From contig DNEP01000010.1 of assembly GCA_003487265.1 (NCBI GenBank), positions 1 through 60,361 on the forward strand: 60,361 nt of DNA, read 5' to 3'. A program made the translations under genes and the position numbers. Below the pieces are notes generated by a model that saw only the letters and a program-made list of their open reading frames with translations, ran no database searches and was not told where the DNA came from. The stretch comes from Minisyncoccota bacterium. Its GTDB lineage: Bacteria; Patescibacteriota; Microgenomatia; UBA1400; UBA12028. Each line of letters opens with the position of its first letter. The stretch's first letter is position 1. This document shows positions 10,494 to 21,952 of the stretch, piece by piece.

Positions 10494-10835
10494 ATGGCAA
10501 AGTATTTAAACGTAGCTGGAACCGAAGCATCTGTTGGCGACACTATCTTGGTGTACACCCAGATCAATGAGGGTGAAAAAACCCGTCTTCAAATTTTTGA
10601 AGGTATCTTAATTGCCGTGAACAACCGCAAGGAAAATACTTCCTTTGTTGTCCGAAAAATCGCCACAGATAGTATTGGAGTCGAACGCATTTTCCCAGTC
10701 GATAGCCCTACCGTTGCCAAAATCGAGGTTAAGCGAAAGGGGAAGGTTAAACGCGCAAAGCTTTCCTATCTTCGCGGAAAAGTTGGAAAAATGGCGACAA
10801 AAGTAAAACAAGAGGTTTCCAACACTGCAAAATAA
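10494..10835 (+). CDS. rplS: 50S ribosomal protein L19
   Basis: EGEKTRLQIFEG, GVERIFP, GKVKRAKLSYLR. Confidence 0.96.
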   Translation: MAKYLNVAGTEASVGDTILVYTQINEGEKTRLQIFEGILIAVNNRKENTSFVVRKIATDSIGVERIFPVDSPTVAKIEVKRKGKVKRAKLSYLRGKVGKMATKVKQEVSNTAK

Positions 10836-11169
10836 GCGCGCACTAGGTTTTCAAGCTGAATCGCTCGCAGCCTCGTATCTCCTTTCAAAAAAGTATTCTG
10901 TTCTTGATAGAAACGTTTCGTCTCGTTATGGGGAAATCGATATTATCGCGCTGAATCCCAATACATCGCGGATTGTATGCGTTGAAGTAAAGTCTTCACA
11001 TGTCATTGAGTCCGCATATGAAGCGATATCTCATCTAAAACTGCTGAAAATGATCAAAACTTGGCAACAGGTACAACGCGGATACCCAAATCTTGAGGTT
11101 CAAATCGACGCGATTATTGTTCAGGAAAATTGCGTTGTCGCACACATAGAAAACATCGCGTTGTCGTGA
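10825..11169 (+). CDS. yraN: YraN/UPF0102 family PD-(D/E)xK nuclease-like protein (not in ORF track; probable CTG start)
   Basis: Manual translation (L/M)QNKRALGFQAESLAASYLLSKKYSVLDRNVSSRYGEIDIIALNPNTSRIVCVEVKSS...VAHIENIALS*; in-frame TAA at 10804-10806 upstream. Confidence 0.85.
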   Translation: MQNKRALGFQAESLAASYLLSKKYSVLDRNVSSRYGEIDIIALNPNTSRIVCVEVKSSHVIESAYEAISHLKLLKMIKTWQQVQRGYPNLEVQIDAIIVQENCVVAHIENIALS

Positions 11170-11197
11170 TAAAATCATGATTCCTGAGTTCTTCTGG

Positions 11198-11269
11198 GGG
11201 TCCGTAGCTCAGTGGTAGAGCAGGAGCCTTTTAAGCTCTGTGTCGTGGGTTCAATCCCCACCGGACCCA
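11198..11269 (+). tRNA. tRNA-Lys(TTT)
   Basis: GGGTCCGTAGCTCAGTGGTAGAGCAGGAGCCTTTTAAGCTCTGTGTCGTGGGTTCAATCCCCACCGGACCCA; CCA not encoded. Confidence 0.95.
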
Positions 11270-11311
11270 CACGTCAATCATTTGTGACGAGAGATAGAAA
11301 AAGTGAATATA

Positions 11312-11385
11312 GGCCCCATCGTCTAGTGGTCTAGGACGTCGGGTTTTCATCCCGAAAATCGAGGGTCCGAATCCCTCTGGGGTCA
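11312..11385 (+). tRNA. tRNA-Glu(TTC)
   Basis: GGCCCCATCGTCTAGTGGTCTAGGACGTCGGGTTTTCATCCCGAAAATCGAGGGTCCGAATCCCTCTGGGGTCA; T-loop TCCGAAT; CCA not encoded. Confidence 0.93.
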
Positions 11386-11408
11386 CAGCATCGGGAAAAA
11401 GTGAACTT

Positions 11409-12737
11409 TTATTCTTTCTTTCCTTGCTCGAGTGAAAGATAGCGCTCAACTTTATTTAGATCGAGCACTCGGTACGTGATCTCTTCATCACCAGTCCACA
11501 CTGATTTTTCGTTGGTAAATTGATACAACTGTGCTTTAATCTCAGCATGTGTTGCCTTTCCAGTTGAAACGATGCTCTGGATAATTTCGGTGATGACAGG
11601 AGTTGCATAACTACTCGCAGGCGAGAAGCCGAACGCTTTTAAATCTTCGGTCGAAACATACACGTCTGCACCTAGTGAAGTAGGTGCTTTAAATCCTGAT
11701 TCAGTTCCTTCAAACCCGACAACAATCATATTTTCCGACAATTTACCCTGAGTTTTCAACCAAGTACGCACCTTGCGAATATCGGGTAGTTGTAATCCTC
11801 GCTGATACGTTGGATTTCCTCCTGCTACCACAAACATTTTTTCTGGATGAAATCCCGCAATTGCATTCAATAGTGCGTAATTTGAATACGTGTGTTTTCC
11901 TGCATATCCATCTGCGAATGTTACGCGTCTATCATTTGGTTCACTGGTGACAATCTCAAATTCTTCCGATAGCTGTAAAATTCTTTGATACTCAACTTCT
12001 GAAATTTCATTTCCTTGATAATCTTTATATGTTGTCTTGTCTCCAATGGTAACCGTGCTCGGCATTTTTCTTGCGAGTTCGGGGTATTTCGGTTGTTTTT
12101 TATAAAGTTCGTATGTTAATGAAAAAACACCCAGCTGAATACTCATGTTGATAATGCTGTCTGATAGTTTTGCCACAAGTGCATGTATCTTTTTTGCATC
12201 GACCATGACCTGAAGCGATGGATTGCCTAACTCATCGTAGGTTACCTCTCCGAGCGTGATTGCATCAGAAATCGAAAGTGTTGATGGTTGCTCAAATGCT
12301 TTTCGGGGATGGAAAAATCTTGAAACCGCGTGTAATACTGAAACAACTTGTTCTCCATGTTTTGAACGTTGTTGAATAAAATGCGTCAACATGAGCAATC
12401 GAACATGATCGTCATTCTTAGGAACGGCTTGAAGGATGTTATCTGGGGATGATGAATCTTCCACGTTCATTTCTTTCCAAGCTCGGGCTTCAGAAAATTC
12501 TGGTGGAAACGCGGATGTAATAAACTTTTGTTTTGTTTTCTCTAGATCAAAAAAATCCAAAACACGTATTGTAGGTTGAAGCTTCCTCTCTGGCGATTTT
12601 ACGCCTTCAGCCTTTTGAAATAAAGAAGGCATTCGTCTTAAAACTTCTTCAACAAAGAAGGTCCAGATTGATAATTTTAGGAAATCGCGACGAGAAAGGG
12701 TATCCTGCTTTTGAAGCAACTGATCTTTTGAAGTCAT
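11409..12737 (-). CDS. Divergent subtilase (peptidase S8)-like protein with N-terminal twin-arginine-like motif
   Basis: SRRDFLK near N-terminus; ordered motifs VLDFFD, HGEQVVSV, VVAGGN, ASSYATPVI resemble the subtilisin D/H/N/S motifs. Confidence 0.6.
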   Translation of the reverse strand: MTSKDQLLQKQDTLSRRDFLKLSIWTFFVEEVLRRMPSLFQKAEGVKSPERKLQPTIRVLDFFDLEKTKQKFITSAFPPEFSEARAWKEMNVEDSSSPDNILQAVPKNDDHVRLLMLTHFIQQRSKHGEQVVSVLHAVSRFFHPRKAFEQPSTLSISDAITLGEVTYDELGNPSLQVMVDAKKIHALVAKLSDSIINMSIQLGVFSLTYELYKKQPKYPELARKMPSTVTIGDKTTYKDYQGNEISEVEYQRILQLSEEFEIVTSEPNDRRVTFADGYAGKHTYSNYALLNAIAGFHPEKMFVVAGGNPTYQRGLQLPDIRKVRTWLKTQGKLSENMIVVGFEGTESGFKAPTSLGADVYVSTEDLKAFGFSPASSYATPVITEIIQSIVSTGKATHAEIKAQLYQFTNEKSVWTGDEEITYRVLDLNKVERYLSLEQGKKE

Positions 12738-12806
12738 GACAAAATTGTATCAAATCGAGCGAAAATATATAGCACACCCTCTTGACGATTGGAGTACAAT
12801 TTGTGC

Positions 12807-13061
12807 ATGACAAACGAACTCTCTCAAGCAATCTCGGAAATTGCTTCCAAAAACCCCGAACTCACACAAAAAATCACAGAGCTCACCACCCAACTGGTTG
12901 GTTTGATGGGTGCAGAACAAACGCTTCAAGACATTATTTCTTGGATTACAGAACTGTGCGAGTGTTTTGAAGATTCGGGACTTGTTGCTGGAGGAGCGGC
13001 ATTGCTCATCCTTATTGGCGTTCTTATATATCAATTTAAAAATGCAAAACGTGGTATATAA
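12807..13061 (+). CDS. Small hypothetical protein with C-terminal TM anchor
   Basis: ORF with hydrophobic GLVAGGAALLILIGVLIY then basic tail; TACAAT 6 nt before ATG 12807. Confidence 0.6.
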   Translation: MTNELSQAISEIASKNPELTQKITELTTQLVGLMGAEQTLQDIISWITELCECFEDSGLVAGGAALLILIGVLIYQFKNAKRGI

Positions 13062-13125
13062 ACTCAGATTCTCGTTTTTCCCTCTTGCAAACAGAAAAAA
13101 CGCCCTATAAAATTCAATTTATCCT

Positions 13126-14037
13126 ATGGATGCGCTACATATTTCGATTTCGGCTGAACCGATTGCTCATTTTGCTGGGCTCACGATTACGAACTCTATG
13201 TTCACCGCGAGTATTGTTACCTTTTTTATTATCGTTTTTTCTCTTTATTTCAACTCGATAATCACATATTCTGGAAAACCTTCTCGACTACAGGTTATGT
13301 TTGAATCGATTATTGAGGCTTTGATGGGTCTCATTGAAGGGGTTGCAGGAAAGGGAGCGAAATCCCGTGCGTTTGCTCCATTTATTGTTTCGTTTTTCTT
13401 TTTTATTATTTTGAACAACTGGATTGGACTTATCCCTGGAGTCGGCACAATTGGAATAATTGAAGAACCAAACACGATTGAGGCAAATGTTGTTCAACAG
13501 GTTAAAGCAACAACACATGAAGAATCAATTGAAGAAACAACTGAAGTTGCTGTTCATGAATCAACCGAGCTTTTTCAATCAGAAACCGCGGAAGCCGTTG
13601 CGTCCGAGGAAACCATTTCTCATGTTGGTCCAAAGTTTGTTCCACTTTTCCGTCCCGCAACGGCCGATCTTAACACCACGCTCGCTCTCGCGCTTATTTC
13701 CATGTCACTCGTTCAATTTTTTGGAGTTAAATATCAAAAAATGGGGTACTTCAAAAAGTTTCTCGACATTTCAAGTCCCATCGCGTTTATTGTTGGAATT
13801 CTCGAGTTGGTTTCTGAATTTGCGAAAGTGATTTCATTTTCATTCCGTCTCTTTGGAAATATTTTTGCAGGAGAAGTCTTACTTAGCGTCATTTTGGCCC
13901 TCGTCCCAGTTGTGATCCCAATGCCTTTTTACGGACTCGAGATTTTTGTTGGATTCATTCAGGCGGTCGTGTTTTCAATTTTGTCGTTGGCGTTTTTCAA
14001 TATGGCTACCCTTGGTCATGGGGAAGAACACGCGTAA
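13126..14037 (+). CDS. atpB: ATP synthase F0 subunit a
   Basis: NWIGLIPG, PATADLNTT, SFSFRLFGNIFAGE, FVGFIQAVVF. Confidence 0.96.
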   Translation: MDALHISISAEPIAHFAGLTITNSMFTASIVTFFIIVFSLYFNSIITYSGKPSRLQVMFESIIEALMGLIEGVAGKGAKSRAFAPFIVSFFFFIILNNWIGLIPGVGTIGIIEEPNTIEANVVQQVKATTHEESIEETTEVAVHESTELFQSETAEAVASEETISHVGPKFVPLFRPATADLNTTLALALISMSLVQFFGVKYQKMGYFKKFLDISSPIAFIVGILELVSEFAKVISFSFRLFGNIFAGEVLLSVILALVPVVIPMPFYGLEIFVGFIQAVVFSILSLAFFNMATLGHGEEHA

Positions 14038-14064
14038 TAAAAGGTATTCATTTAAAGGAGTAAC

Positions 14065-14277
14065 ATGAAAGATCTCGCAATTGGTTTAACAATGGGTCTT
14101 GGATCACTTGGCCCTGCGATTGGTATTGGAATGCTCGTTTCTGCAGGTTTGCAGGCAATCGGACGAAATCCCGAAGCTTCGTCAAAGATTCAAACAAACA
14201 TGGTTCTTGGTATTGCATTTGCTGAAGCAGTCGCGATTTACGCGCTTGTTGTCGCACTCATCATTAAGTTCGTATAA
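14065..14277 (+). CDS. atpE: ATP synthase F0 subunit c
   Basis: GRNPEA loop, FAEAVAIY ion-binding Glu; AAGGAG SD. Confidence 0.96.
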   Translation: MKDLAIGLTMGLGSLGPAIGIGMLVSAGLQAIGRNPEASSKIQTNMVLGIAFAEAVAIYALVVALIIKFV

Positions 14278-14292
14278 CAATAAAGGAGCGAG

Positions 14293-14781
14293 ATGGAAAT
14301 TAAATTAGCACAAATCTTGTTCCAAATGATCAACTTTGGTGTTGTCTTTGGCGCAATCACGTTTCTTGTGTACAAACCAATTCTCAAGGTTCTTGATGAA
14401 CGTGCGCGAAAGGCGGAAGAGGTTGATCGTTCTGCTGTTGAAGCTGAGCAAGCTAAACAGGAAATTGAGTCTCTGAAGCAAAAAGCATTGCGTGAAGCAG
14501 AACAACAGGGCGCGAAAATCATGGAAAAAGCCAAAGATGAAGCCAAGTCCGCAAAACAGAAGTTGATGGAAGAGGCAAAACTTGAAGCAAAGGCAGATCA
14601 AGAAAAAGCGAAAAAAGCATTAGATTCCGAAAAGAAAGCGATTCTTGAGTCGATGCGCTCAGAATTCAGCTCCACTGTTTTTATGGTCGCCGAAAAGCTT
14701 GTCGGAAAGTCTCTCGATTCCAAATCACATTCCACGCTTATTGATGAAGGTATTCAGGAGCTTGCTTCGAGCATGAAATAA
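14293..14781 (+). CDS. atpF: ATP synthase F0 subunit b
   Basis: QMINF TM, YKPILKVLDER, long charged coiled coil. Confidence 0.93.
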   Translation: MEIKLAQILFQMINFGVVFGAITFLVYKPILKVLDERARKAEEVDRSAVEAEQAKQEIESLKQKALREAEQQGAKIMEKAKDEAKSAKQKLMEEAKLEAKADQEKAKKALDSEKKAILESMRSEFSSTVFMVAEKLVGKSLDSKSHSTLIDEGIQELASSMK

Positions 14782-14783
14782 GT

Positions 14784-14987
14784 ATGCATATTGTTGTTGA
14801 ATCCGTCATCGCACTGTCATCCAATCAAAAGAAAAAACTCGCTGATCTTTTTGAGAAAAAATACGGATCTCGGGAGTTTAAAGAAAAGATTGAACCGACA
14901 CTTTTAGGTGGCATTCGTGTAACGGTAGGCTCAACACAGTACGATTCATCGTTATTCGGAAGTTTGACGCAAATGAGGAACGCATGA
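14784..14987 (+). CDS. atpH: ATP synthase F1 delta subunit (C-terminal domain only, 67 aa)
   Basis: [27 protein letters not shown]-terminal motif; position between atpF and atpA. Confidence 0.85.
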   Translation: MHIVVESVIALSSNQKKKLADLFEKKYGSREFKEKIEPTLLGGIRVTVGSTQYDSSLFGSLTQMRNA

Positions 14988-16491
14988 GCACATCATCTTT
15001 TTTTGATCAACTCAAGGAACGAATTCAGGCAATCAAACCGATTTCTACAGTTAAAAGTGTTGGCCACATCACCGCATTTGGTGATGGCATTGCATTTGTT
15101 GATGGGTTAGACGAAGTGATGTCGGGTGAGCTCGTGTTGATCAATCATTCCGCATTTGCGTTAGCCTTGAACTTAAACAAGGCGTCTGTCGGTCTCGTTT
15201 TACTTGATCCATCAACAAAAATTAAAGCGGGCGATATGGTTGAGACAACCGGTCGTCTTCTTTCTATCGGTGTTTCCGATGAAATCATCGGTCGCGTGGT
15301 CAACCCACTCGGCGAAGTGTTGGATGGAAAATCTCAAATTTCAGTTTCAAAATACCAATCACTCGAAAAAATAGCTCCAGGTGTGATTACGCGAAAATCG
15401 GTCACCGTTCCGTTGCAAACAGGAATAAAAGCCATTGACGCAATGATTCCGATCGGTCGTGGTCAACGCGAACTGATTATTGGCGATCGTGGAACCGGAA
15501 AATCTTCGATAGCTCTCGGTACGATTTTAAATCAAAAATCAGAAAACGTGATCTGTGTGTATGTCGCGATCGGTCAAAAACGCGCGTTTCTCGCACAAAC
15601 GCACGCGTTACTCGAAAAAGCAGGTGCGATGAACTACACGGTCATTGTTTCGGCATCAGCATCAGATCCCGCTTCGATGCAGTTTTTGGCTCCATACAGC
15701 GGCGTTTCCATTGCCGAGTACTTTTTGGAGCAGGGGAAAGACGTACTTGTAATATATGACGATCTTTCAAAACACGCGGTTGCGTATCGCGAGATTTCTT
15801 TATTACTTCATCGCCCTTCGGGTCGTGAAGCGTATCCTGGGGATGTGTTCTACCTTCACTCAAGACTTCTCGAACGCGCCTGTCGTTTGAACGAAGATTT
15901 TGGAGGTGGCTCAATTACCGCTCTCCCAATTATTGAAACGCAAGCGGGAGATGTGTCTGCGTATATTCCCACCAATGTGATTTCAATTACCGACGGACAG
16001 ATCTATCTCGAAGCCGACTTGTTTAATGCGGGAACAAAACCAGCAATTAACGTCGGACTTTCCGTTTCACGCGTTGGTTCAGCAGCGCAACTAAAAGCGA
16101 TGAAGCAGGTTGCGGGAAAAATGCGACTTGATCTCGCGCAATATCGCGAACTTGCCGCATTTGCGCAGTTCTCTTCCGACCTCGATCCAAAAACGAAGGC
16201 CTCGCTCGATCGTGGCGCGCGCGTCGCCGCAATCTTAAACCAAGTTTGGGATGCCCCACTTTCTGTTGAAGAGCAAGTTGTTGTCATTTTTGGCGCAACG
16301 AACGGATATGTGGATGCGGTAAAGGTTGAACTCGCTTCCCTCTGGGAAAAATCCTTTTTGGAATACATGCGTCTACAAAAGCAGTCTATTCTTGATTCAA
16401 TCAAAAAAGAACAGAAGATTACTGATGAGACGGAAAAGGCGTTGCGTTTAGCACTTCAATCCTTTAACGATCTTCATCATGAGTGGACGAT

Positions 16492-16495
<4 letters not shown>
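14984..16495 (+). CDS. atpA: ATP synthase F1 alpha subunit
   Basis: [37 protein letters not shown]. Confidence 0.98.
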
Positions 16496-18754
<2,259 letters not shown>

Positions 18755-18777
18755 CGTTTTGTTTTGTATAGACACAT

Positions 18778-19218
18778 ATGATAACAAAACTCATGCTCAC
18801 CATCATCACACAAGAAAAAGAACTTTTAAAACTCGAGGTTGATCAAGTGACGGCCGAAACCGCTTCGGGGCAGATTACAATTTTACCGAACCACATTCCA
18901 CTTTTCACACGCATGCAAGCAGGTGAGCTCGTGTATAAAATCAACGCACAAGAACAATCGGTGGTCGTGATGGATGGATTTCTTGATGTCTCTCCTAATA
19001 ATGCGATTACCGTATTGACCGACTCTGCCACACTTGCGCGCGATCTTTCGGTTGCGCAAGCCGAGGAAGCACGACAAAAAGCCGAGGAGGCGATGAAGGT
19101 AAAGGTTGACCGTCGACAGATTCTGATGGCGGAAGCCTCACTTCGAAAAGCGATGTTGGAACTGCAAGTAGCAAGGAAGCGATCGGGGAAGGCGCAGTTG
19201 GGAATTAAGACGGAATAG
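18778..19218 (+). CDS. atpC: ATP synthase F1 epsilon subunit
   Basis: GQITILPNHIPL, DGFLDV, C-terminal helical hairpin. Confidence 0.93.
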   Translation: MITKLMLTIITQEKELLKLEVDQVTAETASGQITILPNHIPLFTRMQAGELVYKINAQEQSVVVMDGFLDVSPNNAITVLTDSATLARDLSVAQAEEARQKAEEAMKVKVDRRQILMAEASLRKAMLELQVARKRSGKAQLGIKTE

Positions 19219-21355
19219 GGTTTTCGTCATCACCCAGTTCAATTGCGTACGGATCGTTTAGATCAGTTTCCAAACCAGCATCTGTTTCATCAATTTCAAT
19301 GTCATACCGTTTATCAATATTAGGGAAAATTCCAAATTGATATGGATCATTTTGAAGAATCTTTTTGATGTATTCGAAATCACCAGGGTTTTCTAGAAGA
19401 AAATCGCTTATACGAATGAGATATCTTGAAAGTTGATCCAAATTCGCAAGGACCGCATCTCGTCTGTTTGGTGAGTATTTTGCATATGCTTGAATAATTA
19501 CCTCAACATCTGCAGTAATTATCCGCGATCTTTCCTTAAACAGCGTCGAAATCTTTTGTGACAATTCAGCAAGAATAGTTGAAATATCTTGTGGAAAATG
19601 AACTGAAAACGTCTTAAAAAAATCATACATGACGCATATATCCTCAAGTCGATAATCTAATTCATCGCTCAATGTGAGTTGTTGGATTGAAGGTTGGTGT
19701 TTAAATCTTCTGTCCCCATACTGATATAGATATCCTGAATCTAAAAGGTAGATCGCTCCATAATCAATTTTCATTCTCCAAATTTTTGATCCCCAATGCG
19801 TTATCACAAAATCAATAACATTGTCAGCAACAAAACAGTGCAACTCGGGTTTATGCTCACTTTGAAAATACTTCGAGCTGTGAAAGTATCTTTGAAGCCA
19901 ACTATGAATATGTGGTGGAGCTTCTGGACCAATTATTGTAATCGTTTCATGAAAATCAGTTTTGCTGGATGAATTAAGCAAATTCCATAATCGAGAAATG
20001 AGGGGGTCTACTAAAAATAGCATATCTTCAATTTCTGTCTTGAGCAATGGCTCTCTAAAGACAATCGTAGAAATAAATTCTTGTCTGTTTATCGGATCAA
20101 ATAACTCAGGTATTTTCTGTAGCGTAAGAATCATACGAGCAAGTCGCTGATATCCTTTTGAAAGCTCATGAATAAGTTGAGGCAGATGCACCTCGAGCTC
20201 AGACGAGAGAAGAAGCCATTTAATGTTCTCAAATTCTGGAAAAAGCAACGTGAATGGTGCGGCGTTTGCATCACCGCTTTCGAGGTCTGGAACATCCAAA
20301 CCATATGAATCTGGGCTCGACTGAATGACTGATCTGAGCTGTGGAAGATTTAATTGAGTATCGAATACTGCTTGACCGATTGATTTCATTTGAGCTATCA
20401 AGTATGCGACATATTGAATGAAATATCCTAGATCTGTATTTGAAAGTGGAGTCAGTATTTCACGCACAGGAAAATCGAGTTGACACGCATCGATCTTTTC
20501 CTGATATATCGTTGCAACCACCTGAATAAGATCATCAAATTCTGTTGTGTTGGCGGACTCAAAAGTTTTCACAATAGAATTTGTATCGGTTCCATTTGTG
20601 TTGCGAAGAATTGCAAGAAAGAGCAAAAGATTTGCAATATCATACGGTTCACCGACATGCATAAATGAATGATAATAATCTGGATATTCACCTGCATCAT
20701 GAGAATTATTAACAACATGCTTGGACATCGGAATGAAGCGAACACGACCATCTTCAGTAAACGAAACGGCCCATTTTGATCGAGATACAGAAGAGTCAAC
20801 AATCACAATTTGATACCACAGGGTGTCTGATTCATCCTTAAATTGTTTTACAGAAAGTTGTGAAGATCGTAATGGCGAAAACTCCTTTTCATCAAGTAAT
20901 GCTAAAAAGAATCTCGAGAACATATCTTGTTCTTTTTCTTCATGTTCACAAATAAGCTCGAACTGTAACGAACCTAGATGCCATAATCCGTTTAATCGTG
21001 AATTAATAACTCGATTTAGGTTAATAAAAAGAAGTCGAACGACCACTTGCAAGCGTTCTTGGATACGCCTCTCTTCATCTTCCGATAAAATCTCAAATGC
21101 GCCATGGATTACAATTCTTTTTTGAAGTGAACCATCGTTTGGACGATTGTTTTTCTCTTGTGCAAGTTGACAGAGCTGAAACAAGAGTCGTTCATACGAA
21201 ACGACTGTTTTCGGAATTGAAGACTCGAGTTTTAACAGTACTTTTCGTAATTCATCATCATTAAAAAAGTCTTGTTCAAGTTGCAACTGCAGTTCTTGAA
21301 ATTGAGAACCTTGAAGTTGTTCAAGTTGACGTGGTGCATTTTCGGGAATGTACAT
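19205..21355 (-). CDS. Hypothetical protein (716 aa orphan, acidic C-terminal tail)
   Basis: Long uninterrupted AT-rich ORF; no recognisable motif. Confidence 0.8.
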   Translation of the reverse strand: MYIPENAPRQLEQLQGSQFQELQLQLEQDFFNDDELRKVLLKLESSIPKTVVSYERLLFQLCQLAQEKNNRPNDGSLQKRIVIHGAFEILSEDEERRIQERLQVVVRLLFINLNRVINSRLNGLWHLGSLQFELICEHEEKEQDMFSRFFLALLDEKEFSPLRSSQLSVKQFKDESDTLWYQIVIVDSSVSRSKWAVSFTEDGRVRFIPMSKHVVNNSHDAGEYPDYYHSFMHVGEPYDIANLLLFLAILRNTNGTDTNSIVKTFESANTTEFDDLIQVVATIYQEKIDACQLDFPVREILTPLSNTDLGYFIQYVAYLIAQMKSIGQAVFDTQLNLPQLRSVIQSSPDSYGLDVPDLESGDANAAPFTLLFPEFENIKWLLLSSELEVHLPQLIHELSKGYQRLARMILTLQKIPELFDPINRQEFISTIVFREPLLKTEIEDMLFLVDPLISRLWNLLNSSSKTDFHETITIIGPEAPPHIHSWLQRYFHSSKYFQSEHKPELHCFVADNVIDFVITHWGSKIWRMKIDYGAIYLLDSGYLYQYGDRRFKHQPSIQQLTLSDELDYRLEDICVMYDFFKTFSVHFPQDISTILAELSQKISTLFKERSRIITADVEVIIQAYAKYSPNRRDAVLANLDQLSRYLIRISDFLLENPGDFEYIKKILQNDPYQFGIFPNIDKRYDIEIDETDAGLETDLNDPYAIELGDDENPIPS

Positions 21356-21466
21356 AGGTGAAAATAATCGATTTGCGAATGATTATACCAAAAAAACAGT
21401 TTGCTCCATCCCCCTACTTTACACCACCACATAAACTTCGTACAATGCGCTATTCAAGGAGAAAAC

Positions 21467-21937
21467 ATGGACACACAATCGATCCAATTAACACATGATG
21501 GCTATGAAGAAATACTTGCTGAACTCAAGCAACTGAAGGAAGAAAAACTTCCAAAGGCGATTGAGCGCGTCGCAACGGCGAGATCTTTTGGTGATCTGAG
21601 TGAAAACGCGGAGTATCACAGCGCTCGCGAGGATCTCGCATTTATTGAAGGTAAAGTTCAAGAACTCGAAGTGATTGCGCAACACGCACAAGTGGTGAAA
21701 AAAACCTCAAAGACCGGCAAAAAAACAGTTTCAATCGGAACGAAAGTCACAGTCAAGGTTAAAAACAGCACGCACGTGTATCACATTGTTGGTGAATGGG
21801 AAGCAAACCCAATCGAAAAGAAAATTTCACATGAGTCTCCACTTGGAAAAGCGCTTCTTGGAAAGGAAAAAGGAGATAAGGTTGAAATTGAGGCTCCTGC
21901 GGGTACAATGAAGTATACCATCGTCACCGTTGAGTGA
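21467..21937 (+). CDS. greA: Transcription elongation factor GreA
   Basis: GDLSENAEYHSA, ISHESPLGKALLG; AAGGAG SD before ATG 21467. Confidence 0.96.
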   Translation: MDTQSIQLTHDGYEEILAELKQLKEEKLPKAIERVATARSFGDLSENAEYHSAREDLAFIEGKVQELEVIAQHAQVVKKTSKTGKKTVSIGTKVTVKVKNSTHVYHIVGEWEANPIEKKISHESPLGKALLGKEKGDKVEIEAPAGTMKYTIVTVE

Positions 21938-21952
21938 CCGAAAGTGAGCATC

